Shown here: one piece after another, positions 37,677 to 51,800 of the stretch
How positions within the stretch are numbered: the stretch's first letter is position 1
Layout of the letters: every line of letters begins with the position of its first letter
DNA from: Malacoraja senta
Taxonomy: Eukaryota
Length of the DNA stretch: 64,000 nucleotides
Assembly (NCBI GenBank): GCA_038087875.1
Contig: CM075989.1
Location: 14,014,001 to 14,078,000 of the forward strand
Reading direction: 5' to 3'
Notes under the pieces: generated by a model
Told to the model about the DNA's origin: nothing
Database searches by the model: none
What the model saw: the letters and a program-made list of their open reading frames with translations, nothing else
Program-made: the position numbers and the translations under genes

Positions 37677-40600
37677 AGATTTAAGCTGACAGGAAAAAGA
37701 TTTAATAGCAACCTGAGGGGTAGCTTTTTCACCCAGAGGGTGGTAGGTATATGGAACAAATTGCCAGAGGGGATACTTGACGTAGTTATTATCACAACAT
37801 TTAAACGGCACTTGGATAGGAAAGGTTTAGAGCAATCTGATCCTAATGCAGGCAGGAGGGACGAGTGTAGATAGGGCATATTAGTTGGCATGGCTGTTGA
37901 GCCCAAGGGCCTGTTTCCTTGCTGTATAACTCTAGGACTCTCGTGAAGCTTGAAGAATAAGTGCCTTAAATTGCTTTGGTGATATTATAAATGTGTTCCA
38001 ATAGAATTTTACCTGATAATGTTTACCAAGAGAATAGCTGAAGCTTAGTTTTAAAAATTCATTTGGGGTACATTTTCTATTCTATTTTTGTTAATCTAAG
38101 TTTCATTGTGTCTTTGGTTTGCAGAAAACATATCCATGCTGCAAAAGTTTGGTCCAGCTATCTTTATTGGGTTTTAGCTGAGAGAACTATAAATGAACTT
38201 TGATTAGTTAGGACCCATGGATATTCCACATTTCATTGGCATTGTTCACCATCTCTGAGCCTGGGAGACAGTAAAGTCATAAAAGATAAGAACCACCACC
38301 CATTAAAGAGATTTTGTGGTGGTGCAATAGGAGATGATTGGAATCTTTTTGTGGATCATTTTATGCAAAGGTAGTTTGCGTTTGTGTAGTTGGTGCTCTG
38401 TTCATTGGGTTACAGGATCTAGTGTTAAAACCTGTGGAATGCAGAGTAGGCTGTTGCCAGAATTTTGGGTTTGTGGATTTTAAGCTCTGACAAGGTTTCA
38501 GTTGACTTGTTTTTTAAGATGGTTTATAATTAATGTCATCCCTGGGAGCCTTCAGAAAACCAGGAAATGTCTCCTGGAATCATATCGGAGATGATTCACA
38601 ATAATCTAGTTTGTACCTAAAAATGTATTTTCCACCTTTTTCAATGGTGAGACTGGCAGAATGAATGAGAACAATTCTGGAAACAGAATACTGACTCCAG
38701 TTGTATCTTTGAGATAAGGAGTTTGATGTGATAATGTGAGTTCGCAGAGCTGTCTTATCTGAATAGCATGTAACATCCAGAAAAAAACAGATACATTCTC
38801 GCATTATATACCTAATTGATTTGAAGAAAGAAAAAGAGTAAATAAATAATAATGGAGTTTGTAAACTATTTTGCAAAGTAATGAATTGCACAAAAAAGAT
38901 AACATACTTGGGAAAAAAGCCTTTAAAAGTGTGATTTCTTAAATATGGCCACTTCTGGTAATCCTGTTTTAATTTATAATTTACTGAACCAGAATGTTTA
39001 ACTATGAACTAGTCCTGATTATTAGGCACTTGCAGCATCTTGTTGAATTTGCAACTGCACAACACAAACTAAATAACATTTCTTCTTACTAAGCTGAGGA
39101 AGATCATTATATGGTCGTGGTTTAACTGGTTAGATGCTACCTGCCAAGAAATTATTCAATCTGAAGAAGATTCTCGTCCTGAAATGTCACCCATTCCTTC
39201 TCTCCAGAGATGCTGCCTGTCCCGCTGAGTTACTCCAGCAGTTTGTGTCTACCTTCAATTTAAACCAGCATCTGCAGTTCTTTCCTACACAAGAAACTAT
39301 TGAGGATTTTTGCAAGTTTCAGCTCTGCAATTGCAGTCCTTGAGAACAGAGTAGATATATAAAATTGTATCGCATGGAAACAGGCTTTTCGGTACAACTC
39401 ATTCATGCTATCCAAGGTATCTACCTCAGCTGGTCCTATTTGCTAGGGTTTGGCCCAAATCTCTCAAAAGCTTCCTAAATGTTATAATTGTATCTGTCTC
39501 TGTCACCTCCTCTGACAGCTTATTCCATACCCCCATCACAGATTAAATAGACATAAATTTGCCTTTTAGGCCCCCTTTAAATCTATCCACTCTCACTTTA
39601 AACCCATGTACTCTAGTTTTAGATTCCTCTTCCTTGGGAAAAGACTGTGATCATCAATCATCTCCATTTGCCACATTATTTTATGTACATCTATTAGGTC
39701 ATATGTCAATTTCCTTTATTTGAGGAAAAACAGACCCAGACTATGTAATCTCTTCTTTTAACCCAAACTCTCTGATCCCAGCGACATCCTTGTGAATTTC
39801 TTCTGCATCCTCTCTATGGGCAAACAGAACTAAACTCGGTACTCCAAGTGCAGCCTCACCAATATCTTGTACTGCTATAACATGAACATTCCAGCTCTTG
39901 CAATCAATGCCCTGACCATTCAAGGTGGTGTGCCACACACCTTCTTCAACACTGAACTACTCACAGCATAGTTGTGGTACTGAGGCCTGATAAGATCTCA
40001 GGGTGCTGTGTGGTGACAAAAGGTTAGCCCAGAAGTCATGAGATTAAGTATAGGTGACAAGTCAGATAAATACAAACTCCCTCATTCTCTTGGGCATAAG
40101 ATACCATAAATAATCTATTTAGATCCTTCAATCCAATACATTAATACAGGTCGCAGAAAGGATGAATGCATATTTCAGTTCATCGCAGTCCCCATCTATT
40201 TTTAGTTTTAAAGAAAATTACCTGGAGTCATGCCTCCACACTGTATGGTAGTTGAATGTGAAATTGTATATCCTGATGAAATTGTCTGTTTTTGGTGGGA
40301 TAATATATAGTGCTGGCAATGTAATCTGAAGTATCAGTACCTCGGCCAACTGATGCAGGACTTCAGAAAATAACTCTTTAAAATGAAAGCCACACCCAAA
40401 AGCACCCAAAAGCAACCAGCAGCTAATCTAAAACCACATTGACCCTGCGTGCTTAAAAAATGTTAATACCTGACCGTTCTAAAGGTGGTATTCTTGTTTG
40501 ACGATACAAAGTAGTGAGTCAAAGTGCGTGGCATGACTTGCTTGTCTGGTGCCTGATACCAACCTGAGCTGAACTAAACACACAAAGTGGGATCTTTTTG

Positions 40601-41121
40601 GGATGGGGAAGTGACTCCTCCCATTCAGAAAAATCAAAGGACCTGTTTTTTTCTATTTAAAATTTTGAAATTGCCTGATTGTAGTTGGAATGTTAATAAG
40701 CTTTTTGACTATAATTTATTTATTTAAATTTTCTGAGAAAAGATATGAGCAAGTCTTCTGTAGATCTTTGTTGTCAAATGGGGGAAATGGTGGATTATTT
40801 TTGTCTGTGCTTTTTGCAACAATTATAAACATCAAAGGTGTTGGTGTATTGTAGTGGAGAAGAAAGCAGATATAGAAGGCAATGTACTAGTGGATCAATT
40901 TGTGATGCTGACTTCAGTGGAACCAAATATTCACGAGGCGAGCCAATTCGACAGCTAATATCTTTGCATGTATTTGGTTGGTAGATGAATGAAAAACTGA
41001 ACCAAAGACAAATTTCTTCCCCGAGGTATTCCAAAGGAATGTGGTCAATTAGTACTTGATAATTACAAATGTGATTTGCTGATGTGCTCAATATATGTAA
41101 AAACTAATATTTCTCTTACAG

Positions 41122-41239
41122 TGAAATTAATGATTTAGGAATGGGTCTTGTTGTTGAAGTGTGGAACAAAGGCTTGCTATGGGATGATCTTCTGGGCACT
41201 GTGTGGATTCCTCTTAGAACAGTTGAACATGCAACTGAG
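41122..41239 (+). CDS. UNC13B-like: UNC13-like coding exon 4 ([22 protein letters not shown]...TE)
   Basis: ctcttacag| 118 bp |gtaagt; EVWNKGL.WD..GTVWIPL motif. Confidence 0.96.
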
Positions 41240-41871
41240 GTAAGTGACTAAAATCTAAGTGAGAAATGTATTATTTGAATTTTGAAACAAGACATTACTA
41301 CTTTAACCATTGTCGGAAGTGTTTGGCAAAGCTGCTAATTTGTAAAGGAATTTGGTAATTTATTCAGAAATTTACAATTTAAGTAAAAGGATCACAATTT
41401 TACTATCACAACCAATTTTACACTTTCTATAAGATGAACCTGGCATTAATATACTGTATTGCAAAAGATTCTAAGCTGTTTTTACTGTGGTACCATGCAG
41501 TAGTTGGGAAACTTCAAGACAAATTTCATACTTAATTCTAACTGTGTGCTAACCATTGTTATGTGTAAAAATCATCAGAATATTTTTCCACGTGTGCATC
41601 TATTTATAAAAACCCAAATTTTCATTTAGATGAAACCCCATATTCTTCAATGACATCTCTCTCTCTCCTTCTCTCTTTTTGTCTCCTTCAGGGTTTTGTT
41701 TGTTTCCACTGTAATCCCTAATGTAAATGAATCAGATTCAGATTTGTTTATTTTCATAGATATTAGGTGGCAATTAAATTTCTACTTTGCATGAAGCTCA
41801 TCGAATAAACAGTCAATGCAATAAGTACACTATGAATACAAGGACAAATCTAAAAACAGTAGAATGAATGG

Positions 41872-42105
41872 GGACGCCAGCGGTAGCGTTGCTGCCTTAA
41901 CAGCGTTAGAGACCCGGGTTTGATCTTGACTATGGTTGCTGTCTATACAGAGTTTGTACGTTCTCCCTGTGACCGTGTGGGGGTTTCCCAGTGACCAAGT
42001 GGTTTTTTTCTGGGTGCTTTGGTTTCCTCCCACATTCCAAAGACGTGCAGGTTTGTAGGTTAATTGGCTTCTGGAAAAAAAATGTCCCTGGTGTGTAGGA
42101 TAGAA
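41872..42105 (+). mobile_element. tRNA-derived V-SINE/HE1-like SINE (3'-truncated)
   Basis: CGCCAGCGGTAGCGTTGCTGCC...GGGTTTGATCTTGAC...GTTCTCCCTGTGACCGTGTGGG. Confidence 0.8.
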
Positions 42106-42106
42106 C

Positions 42107-42342
42107 GGTCTCCAGGAAAGGCCGCCAACTCCACGATGTTAGGCTGCAGTGGGGACAGAGATACGATATGGAAAAAAATCACGTCTCCATCGAGGTAAGA
42201 GATTGAAAAAATGGTTCCCCCCAACCTCCCCCCCCCCCTTCCCCATAAAACAAACCAAGGAACACTAAAACATTTTTTAGCACATATTAAAAAATAACAA
42301 AAAGAAGAAAGGACAGACAGACTACTGGCGAGGTGGCGCCAC
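42107..42342 (-). mobile_element. Head fragment of a third GC-rich non-autonomous retroelement subfamily
   Basis: Minus-strand GGCGCCACCTCGCCAGTAGTCTGTCTGTCC + T-tract + G-run + GGGGGAACC, same architecture as 563-1456 and 18306-19146. Confidence 0.5.
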
Positions 42343-42359
42343 CCGGTGTTGTTTAAACT

Positions 42360-43780
42360 AAAGAAATATTGTGAACAGGTGATTGATGGAATGCAAACAC
42401 AGCAAGTTCAATAATGGAATAACTGAATGAGGCAGAGTTAATTGGGAAGTGTTTATTCCCTGTTTCCTTAATTCAGCAACCGGCTTTTCCATCTTGCTGA
42501 CATTAAGAGCTAGGTTGTTATTCTGGCACCATGACTCAAGATGGTTAATCACTTTGCTGTACTCTGTTTCATTGTTGTTGTTAATCCGGCCGACAACAGT
42601 GGTATCATTGACGAACATAAAGATTGAGTTGGTGCTGTGCTTAGTGATACAGTCATTGGTGTACAGGGAGAAGAGCAAGGGATTAAGCACACAACCCTGA
42701 AGAGTACCTGTATTGAGGATAAAGCTGGAGAAAACATTATGACCAATTCTAAATGCCTGAGGTACACCAGTCAACTCTGGTCAAGAAGGCTCACCAGCGT
42801 CTCTTCTTCCTGAGGAGACTAAAGAAGGTCCATCTGTCTCCTCGGATTCTGGTGAACTTCTACCGCTGCACCATCGAGAGCATCCTTACCAACTGCATCA
42901 CAGTATGGTATGGCAACTGCTCTGTCTCCGACCGGAAAGCACTGCAGAGGGTGGTGAAAATTGCCCAACGCATCACCGGTTCCTCACTCCCCTCCATTGA
43001 GTCTGTCCAAAGCAAGCGTTGTCTGCGAAGGGCGCTCAGCATCGCCAAGGACTGCTCTCACCCCAACCACAGACTGTTTACCCTCCTACCATCCGGGAGG
43101 CGCTACAGGTCTCTCCGTTGCCGGACCAGCAGGTCCAGGAACAGCTTCTTCCCTGCGGCGGTTACACTACTCAACACTGTACCTTGGTGACTGCCAATCA
43201 CACCCCCCCCCCCCGGACACTCCTCCCACCAGGAGTTATTAGATTTATTTATTTACTGCTCATATTTATGTCGCTCTTCTAGGGAGATGCTAACTGCATT
43301 TCGTTGTCTCTGTACTGTACACTGCACAATGACAATAAAGTTGAATCTGAATCTGAGAAGCACAGAAGCCAGTTGCACGTGAAGGCCCAAAAATCAAGGT
43401 CCAGAAATTTAGTCATAAGCATATTTGGTATTATCGTGTTGCAGGCTGAGCTGTAGTCAGTGAAAAACAACCTGACATAGGTGATTTTATTTTGTCAAGG
43501 TGATCTACAGATCAATGTAATGCATGGGAGATGGTGTCCTCAGTAAATCTATTTTTTCTTGTATGCAAATTGCAAGGGGTCTAGATTGTCTGGAAGGACA
43601 GTGGCGATGTGGGCCATAACCAGTCTTTTAAACATTTTATTATGGTTGATGTTAGAGCTATTGAGTGGTCGCCATTGTAAAAGGTCACTTCATTTTTCTC
43701 GGGGACTGGAATGATGGAGGCTTCCTGCTTGGACTGATGAAAAATATGACATGGCAATACTTTTCCTATATATTTGTAAA
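42360..43780 (-). mobile_element. Old Rex1/Babar-like RT fragments, split by a younger opposite-strand copy
   Basis: NTGTLQGCVLNPLLFSLYTNDC..FVNDTTVVG (42358-42774); FTDYSSACNTI and ASIIPVPEK (43279-43787). Confidence 0.8.
42745..43353 (+). mobile_element. Young Rex1/Babar-like LINE 3' end
   Basis: ORF KKAHQRLFFLRRLKK..FYRCTIESILT.CITVWYG..LLPSGRRYRS; tail ATTTCGTTG...ATGACAATAAAG followed by (TGAATC)n. Confidence 0.9.
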
Positions 43781-43980
43781 GATGCATTTATAACTTCTAG
43801 ACTGACATAAAATTTATATTTGTGGATTTGTACTATTGGGATAATGTGTATAGATGGTATTTTGTGTACTTGCAGCATTGTACCATATGTCTGGTTTCTT
43901 GTGCTCTTGATGAAATATCTTGTTTTATTAAAACACTTGCCAATTGATTTGTCTAGTTGATGTGTGTACATTTTTATTAG

Positions 43981-44104
43981 GAAGGCGCTGGAATTTGGTG
44001 GAACTTAAATTCTGAAGTTCTGACAAATGGGAATGAAATTTGTGGTGCTAAAAATCCCACGATTCATGAAATTTTATTGGATACCTACTTTGAACTACCT
44101 GCTG
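43981..44104 (+). CDS. UNC13B-like: UNC13-like coding exon 5 (EGAGIWWNL...[11 protein letters not shown])
   Basis: tttttattag| 124 bp |gtaagt; EICG.K.PT.H.ILLD..FELP motif. Confidence 0.95.
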
Positions 44105-45149
44105 GTAAGTGAACATGTTTGTGTTTCATTCGTTATGAAATAACTTTTATGCTGAGTGCTTACACAAAATGCACAAGAGGGCAACAAGGGGGCAAGGTAT
44201 GCTGGGTGGGAGAATTCAATACCATTGCAGTGAGTGACAGCAGATGCAATGGTTTCAAGTGCTTTAATGCATAGTGACAATGTTCTAATCCACAATATTG
44301 CCAAATTGGGCTTGCAGCAAGTGTTGAGGAGGCTAATATGGGTAAAGTTTACTAAATGTTATCCTCACCTGTCAAAGATTAATGAAAGCATTGGGAACAA
44401 TGTTAACTGCACAATCCTTGTCCCAAGATCTATCAAAATGTCCACTGTTCTAATAACAATGTAACTGTATTAAATGGGATAAATGTGGAACCCGAACATG
44501 CTAATGATACCTTTCTCCAGTCTACAGCTTTATTTCTTGCAGTTACCTTCATTGTTTTGTTTTGTATCATTATTCAAAGCTTCTTGATTACCTGTGATTA
44601 TCTGGTGTGCTACATTGCTGAGAACTGGATTCTGTACTCAGTATCTTTCCATTTGCTCTACTTATTACATTTGAGTTTGACTAGATTGTATTTATGTATA
44701 ATATCTGATCTGAATGAATAGCATGCTAAACAAAACTTTTAACTGTACTTCGATACACATGACAATAATAAACCTATACCTAAGCCAAATCTCTTGGTAA
44801 GGCTGATGTTCCTCAGTAACATAGATACATTCAACTACTAATTGTGCAGTAGTGCATTTTCCACATTTTAATACTATGCATCATGGATTTATTTAATTGG
44901 GTGTGACTTTATCTAACCTAGGTAGTTGCTGATACTATTTGTTACAGATTAATTGTATTTTTAAATGGTTATAGAAATTAAGTTCTACGCAATGACTAAC
45001 TTCCTCCATGTTGGAGTGAAAATCAATCGGTTCAAGAAATTAATTCCAGGTGAAGCAGTCTAAACTACTTGTTCGATTTCCATTTTCTTGGGGGCAACAT
45101 TACCCATAAATCATCTGAAAAACACGTATTTAAACATCGGTTGAATAAT

Positions 45150-45660
45150 AATCAAACTGTGATAAATGCTTATCTGAGAATGCCACTATAACACACTCTT
45201 GTCTCCTGTATAAAACTTCATAAATTCTGGAATGAAATTTTTGAAATTTTTACAAAACTATTTAATAGAAGAATTAAACCTAATACAGAAAGGATTATCT
45301 TTGGATCAATGGAAGATGGGAACAAGCTAAATACGTTTCAAAAATCTCTACTTAATTACGGTTTAATAACGGCAAAAAAACTCATACTTAAATTTTGGAA
45401 AAATGCGCCAACACCAACGCACAAAATGTGGATTTCAAATTTGTCGGAAACGGCATATCTTGAAGAAATGCGACTCCTTCTAGCAGGTAAAGTAGACCAA
45501 TTCTTATTGATTTGGTCTCCTTTTATCGACTTCTTACAAGCATATGGTGCAACACAACCATAGAAATAAAATGGTTCAGAATCAGGTGAAGGGTGGCCAG
45601 GAACATTAAATAGATATATCGCTTTCAATCACCTTTCTCCCCCTTTTTTTTCTCCAGATT
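45150..45660 (+). mobile_element. L1/Tx1-clade LINE ORF2 C-terminal fragment
   Basis: CDKC..ATITH...C..L.KFW zinc-knuckle-like motif, then AKKLILKFWK.APTPT..MW...IWSPF. Confidence 0.75.
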
Positions 45661-45738
45661 TACCTCAATGGCTTTTAAATACTAATTTAGCAGTTTGTGA
45701 TTTTCCCATAAATAAATGATTTATGTTTTATTTTGCAG

Positions 45739-45806
45739 AAATACCAGAAGATGAGGCGCAGTACTTAATAGAACATCTTCACAGTATAAATGCTCAACTT
45801 GAACAG
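45739..45806 (+). CDS. UNC13B-like: UNC13-like coding exon 6 (EIPEDEAQYLIEHLHSINAQLEQ)
   Basis: ttttgcag| 68 bp |gtatat; matches DIPEEEARYW of Munc13 as recalled. Confidence 0.88.
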
Positions 45807-48800
45807 GTATATATCGTCTACTACAGTATATATGGCAATTCCATTATTTAGAATGCAGAATTTGAATTTATATATTTCCTAACATCCATGTTTGCAGATG
45901 TTGTTATGTTATATTTACTTATATTAGTACTGGGGATTTTGTAAAATTGAAAATCTGCATTACATTAAAGTCTCAGACAAATGTATAGCTGTATTTGTAT
46001 ATGACTGTCCACATGAAGTACTTGGTTGCACTTTTGAAAATTTGATTGCAGGACTTTTTGCCAGGGTGGAGGAAAGTTTGTAAATGGGAATCTCTCCTTC
46101 CAGTGCTATTTACACAAAAACATAGAAAAAAAGGTGCAGGAGTAGACCATTCGGTCCTTCGAACCAGCACCACCATTCAATATGATCATGGCTGTTCATC
46201 TAAAATCAGTACCCCGTTCCTGCTTTTGGTAAAATATCATTAATATAGTAAAATTACAATAATCCTGCCTGCCTGGGACTTTGGCTGCAAGTGGGTTTTC
46301 CAGACCTTTTAAAAATGCCTCCATACACTTATTTCCATTTCTTTAGATGCAGTCCGATAATAAATTGTCCAGTGAAACTAGTAAGATGACAAGGGGTGCA
46401 GGCGCAGGGGTTTTAGCAAGTGAGAAGGGAGCATGGGAACTGGGGGCTCCGTGAGTAGTAAGGAGAATAGTTAGTGGATTATCAGTTTTACTGCACCTTC
46501 GAAGGTCATGTAAGAAGGACTCTGTAAGTGGGTCTTGAAGTGTTAGCAATGTCAACGGTTCTCCCTCTGTGATCTGGGTTGCAACAGTAAGCCCGCATTG
46601 CAATGCAAAGGTGACTTCAATGTCTAATAAGAATCTGTTTTTAAAATCTTTCAGCAGAATAATTTAGTTGTTGATTTCCAGCCTGTCGGTGAGCATAACA
46701 TTTAGCATAAATACATCATGAAGAATTTCCTTTTATTTGGCAACGTGTTGTGATAATTACACCAAAAGCTGTGAGAAAATAAAATTAAATTGTAGCTTCT
46801 GTTTGCCATTCCTCGCCCTAAGCCTGTTTTTTTTTTGCAAGGACTGTGATTTTTGTAATAATGTTTTTACTTTTTCACTATCACAACCTGAATTTGACCA
46901 TTTTCCCGCTGTGTCGTGAGCATTGGCATTTAGTGTCCAACTTCAATATTTTTTCTTTCATTACTTGCCACAAGCATGAAATGTCCAATGAAATAATCTG
47001 AAAATAAGCCAAGGCGATTAGTGCAAAATAATCAATGTTGTGAGCAAAGCACATTTGTTAACTTTTCCACAGTAGGTATTTTAGTTATTATTGTTTATTC
47101 TGTGTGCTGATGTAGCACCTGACTAGGAAGAATTGTGGAGTATGCCAGTATTTTAGCATACAGTTGATCTGTGCAATCTGGTTCGAATAATTTGCCATTT
47201 AATATATGTGTATTGACTTGCTGTGTTCCAGAACATCCCAATGTGGGGTAGATTTTGACCATTCACAGTTAAGTATAAATAATTACCAAAAGCAAAAATA
47301 GAAGAAAATATTAGATGTTATGCAATACATAAGGAGTGATAAATGTTCATGGCTGGGTGACCTCTATGCCAGGTTGCTATAAGAAGCAAGGGAGGAGATA
47401 GCTAGGACTGGTGATGGAGGTTTTTCATCTACATTAGTTACAGGTGAGGTATCAGAAGACTGAGGAATAGCTAATGATGTCCCCTAGTTAAAAATGGACT
47501 GAAGAGACAACTACAGACTGGTGTCCTGTGTCAATGACAAAGAAATGATAGGAGCCATTTCTGATGGATAGAATTTGGGATTTGGGAAAGACAAGGACTG
47601 ATTAGGAGATTAACTTTGTGCGAGGGAAATCCTTACAAGTGTGAGGTGCTGCATTTGGAAAGATTATAGGAACAACATATACAGTAAATGGTTCAGCCCA
47701 AGGGAGTGTTGATGAACAGACATAACTAAAGGCCCAAGTTAATAGTTCTCTGATAGTGGCAACTAAGATAGATAACGTAGTGAAGAAGGCATAGAATATA
47801 AAAGTTGGTTCCCACATTGCAGGATGGATGTGACTGTGCTGGAGAGGGTGCAGAAGAGATGTTGCACACATTGAAATAATTTTATTATGAGGAGAGATAA
47901 GCTCAGCTTGTTTTCCTTGGAATGAAGATGGCCTTCCTTGCGAATGACTTTGAGAGGGTTCTGGATTTGCACCAGGTAAATTGGTGAGAATGAAGTGGAG
48001 CAAGTTATTCCTTGTGCCGGTATTCTCACCACCTGTCACAAGCCAAATTCGCAGCTATCTTTTTCAGGGCATAACCAGAATGGTTAATTACTGTTATGCT
48101 AACCGTTGTGGGTGACAGACAGTGAAGAACCCTGTCTATAGTATTTATCATGCTTTGCGGAGCAGGACATCAAATTCCTTCCAAGTATGATTGAACGTGG
48201 AGAGAAACTAATCCAGTTGCTAAGTGAATGATAATCATAACGTTTCTTTGCCCATGAGCCCATAGATACACATTCAAGCTGGTATCACTCGGGCTGTCCC
48301 TACTGCTGTTCAGTCTGTCCACTTGGTGGGACAGGTTATGTTTGGGGATGTCTGTGTTACTAGTGGAAAAAATACTGCTCCTAGTTTTGTATAAGTCCAT
48401 AAATACTTATGAGGAGGAATGTACCTTTGTCTTAATTAATTTTAATACATAACAGTGTTTGTAATGATTCGATGTATTGAGTGGCATGCTGGAGAGCTGT
48501 TAATGGTAAGCATGTTGTATGATGGCCATTATGTGAGGAAAGTAACATTGTATTTGTTCAAGAACAGAAAGCCATATTTGGATATTTCAGTATTCCTCTG
48601 ATCAGTTAAACTAATACCTGCTTTTTGTTCCAGACTTATTTGTTTAATTGAATTTATGTTTCTCACCTCAATTCTGGGATTTGATCTCCTGTTGGTATAT
48701 TAATGGTCTTTAATTTACTAACCTGCTGAGATAACCACTATGCTTCCTTGTGTGTAATCAGTGATGATATGCTTCCCTGACATCTTTCTAATTATGCATT

Positions 48801-51800
48801 TCTGTTATTCCTGGTCTCATAGAGATTCAGTGATGCCATGATCATGAGCAAATGACTGTGGCTTTAACAACATTTTAAATATTTATTGAACTGTTTCAGA
48901 ATGGCAATTGGAAATCTTTGGATGCAGAGTCTTTAGCGTTTGACAGACGTCATTTAGTATTGCATAGTCGTATTTCTCATTTAACTGATGGGTATTGGTT
49001 TATGCTTATGGTCCAGAGGCAATTGCCTACAGGTTCTTCAGGATATTTAAATTTGTTTGTTTCGGATTGTGACTTGTTCAAAACCAACAATTTTCATTAT
49101 CAGTCTGTGACTTTGTTATAAGAAGGTTTCAGCATTTATTTTGTATTGGACTGCATTCTCAGTTGTTTTTACTTGTTATCCCAAACTACTGATTGCACAA
49201 CCAACAATGCAAGATCAGATATTTAATGAGATATCATATTCTTGATTCCTCTTCAAGTATTAGGATATAGTGAATATTTCACTCTTCTATATGTGTAATA
49301 TAACTGATGGAAATATATATATATATAAGAAACTAGCTTGATAATAAGGATCAATCTTGCAAAGTACGGTTCATAATATCATTCTGTCATCTTGTGACCG
49401 TTGTTATGTTGCCTTCTTAAAGATATTTCCATTCCCCATAGTTGTAAGTGACAAGGCTGACATACTTAAGGACATCAGAAAATGAGAGACTTTCACACAT
49501 TCCATTTCTTTAAACATCTCCATTAGATATTTGCAATCTTAGCACATTTGAAAGCTATTCTAACTCAATATGCACTGATCCCATGGGCTGAACTGGATGT
49601 TGAAGTTCTTAGCTAATGCAGAATCTCATTTCCAAAGGTACAAAATATGAATCCATGTTTGCAATGAGTATGTTTTTTTTACACTAATAAATGACTGTTT
49701 TATGTTTTATTTATGCAATGATAAATTATATTTTGTTGCAAAAACATTTATCTTGTTTGCTCTGCTTCATGGCATTATAATCAATGATTGCAGTGGTATA
49801 TGATAAATTAGTTTGTATTTGCAATGAAAGTGTGTGTGAATGAACAGATTAGGAGTATGTTACAACATTTATTTTGTTCAGTGTTGCACTGCTTTCTCAT
49901 TTAGTTTTGTCTTGTTACCCTAACAACTGACTGCACATGTAGGCAATTGGATCATACCTTTATTGCAACATCATTTCTTGACTCTTATACATGTGTTACT
50001 ACACTGACTCTTTCACCCATGATATATTATCGGGCTGTGCATATTTCTTGTACTATTATCATAACTGTAGTTACTGATTACGTTTCAGCAATTCCAGTCA
50101 ATCATAGTTATGCAGCAGGGGAAAAGCTCTTTAGTCCAATTCATCCATGTCGACCAAGGTGTTCTCTTGAGGTAACGCTATTTGCCTGCATTTGGACCAT
50201 AGCCCTCTAAAATATATTCAGTCATAAACAATCTAATGTCGTTTACAAATTTGTGTTTGTATTTGCCTCCACTACTTCTTCTGGCAGCTCGTTTCATATA
50301 CACACCACTGTCAAAATGAAAACCTGCTCCTCAGGTCGCCTTTCAATCTTTCACCCCTCACCTCAAACCCAATGCCTTTCGTTTAGACTCCTCTACCCTG
50401 GGGGAAAAGACTGTGGCCATCCATGTTATGTATTCTTATTTTAGAAACCTTTGTATAGTCACTCCTTAACATCCAACGTTGCAGGGGAAACAGTCCCATC
50501 CTATCCAGTGTTTCTTTATAATTCAAGCTGTCCACGCCCAGCAACATACTTGTGAATCTTTTGTGAACCCTCTCAAGTTTAATCACATCTTTCCCATAGT
50601 ATGGTGATGAGAACTGCACACAGTTTTCCCAGTGTGGCATCATCAACATATCTTGTACAGCTGTAACACGCTTTCCTTTTCTTTGTACTCTGTATTTTAT
50701 TTGATAAAGGCAAGCATGCGATACACCTTCTTGACCATCTTGTTTACCTCCCTCACCACTCTCAGAGAACTGTGCTTTTACCCCTTGGTCCCACTGTTTT
50801 TCAACACTCCCCAAGCCCTGTCATTCACTGAATAAATCCTAGCCAAGCATTAAACAACGGAGAAATGTATTTTATTCATTCCAGTACTGAAAGATGGTTT
50901 AACCAGTCAGTGAAACAAAATATGTAGCTGCTATTCTTTGAATGGATGGCATATCAATAAAGCAGTCGTGTGTGTACCAGCTAGTTCTGGAATAAAGCTG
51001 AGTTGTGAATGGAAAGGGGATGTGGCTTGCATTTCACAGACGAGGAAATCAGAAATAGAACAATAGAGTCAGAGAGACAAAGAGCTACGCAGCATGGAAA
51101 TAGGACCTTTGGCCATTCTTGTCTAAGCTGACCAAATTGGCATTCAGAGCTAGTCCTATTTGCCCGCATTTGGCCCATATCCCTCTGAACCCATCCTATC
51201 CATATATCTGACCAAATATCTAGGTTTAGATTTACTTTTGGGTTTATGTATTTTGATAGTTGTAATAGTGTCCTGCTTCTATACTTTCCTTTGGCATCTC
51301 ATTCTAGATATGGACTATACTATGAGTGTAAATGTTACCCCTAAGGTCCCTGTTAAATCTCCACACTCTCACCTTAAGCCTATGCCTTCTAGTTTTGGAA
51401 TCCTCTACTCTGGAAAAAGACTGTGGGCGTTCATTTTAACCATACACCACAATAAGGTCACCCAGTTTAGTTTATTGTCACGTTTTACCGAGGTACAGTG
51501 AAAAGCTTTTTGTTCCGCCTCCTATGCTCCAAAGAGGAAGGTCCCTGCCTATCAAGCCTGCAAAGTAACATCCTGATGAAACTTTTCTACACTGCTTCTA
51601 ACTTAATGACATACCTCCTATAGCTGGGTGACCAAAATTGCACACATTACTCCAAATGTGGTCTCACCAGTGACTTAGACAGCTGCACCATGATATGCCA
51701 TTAGAGGCCCTGATCTCCACCTCGTCATTACCCCGCCTACTTTGGATTTGGATAATTTGGATAAAGTGTAGGACACTTCTTATAAAAACTAATGTTATGC

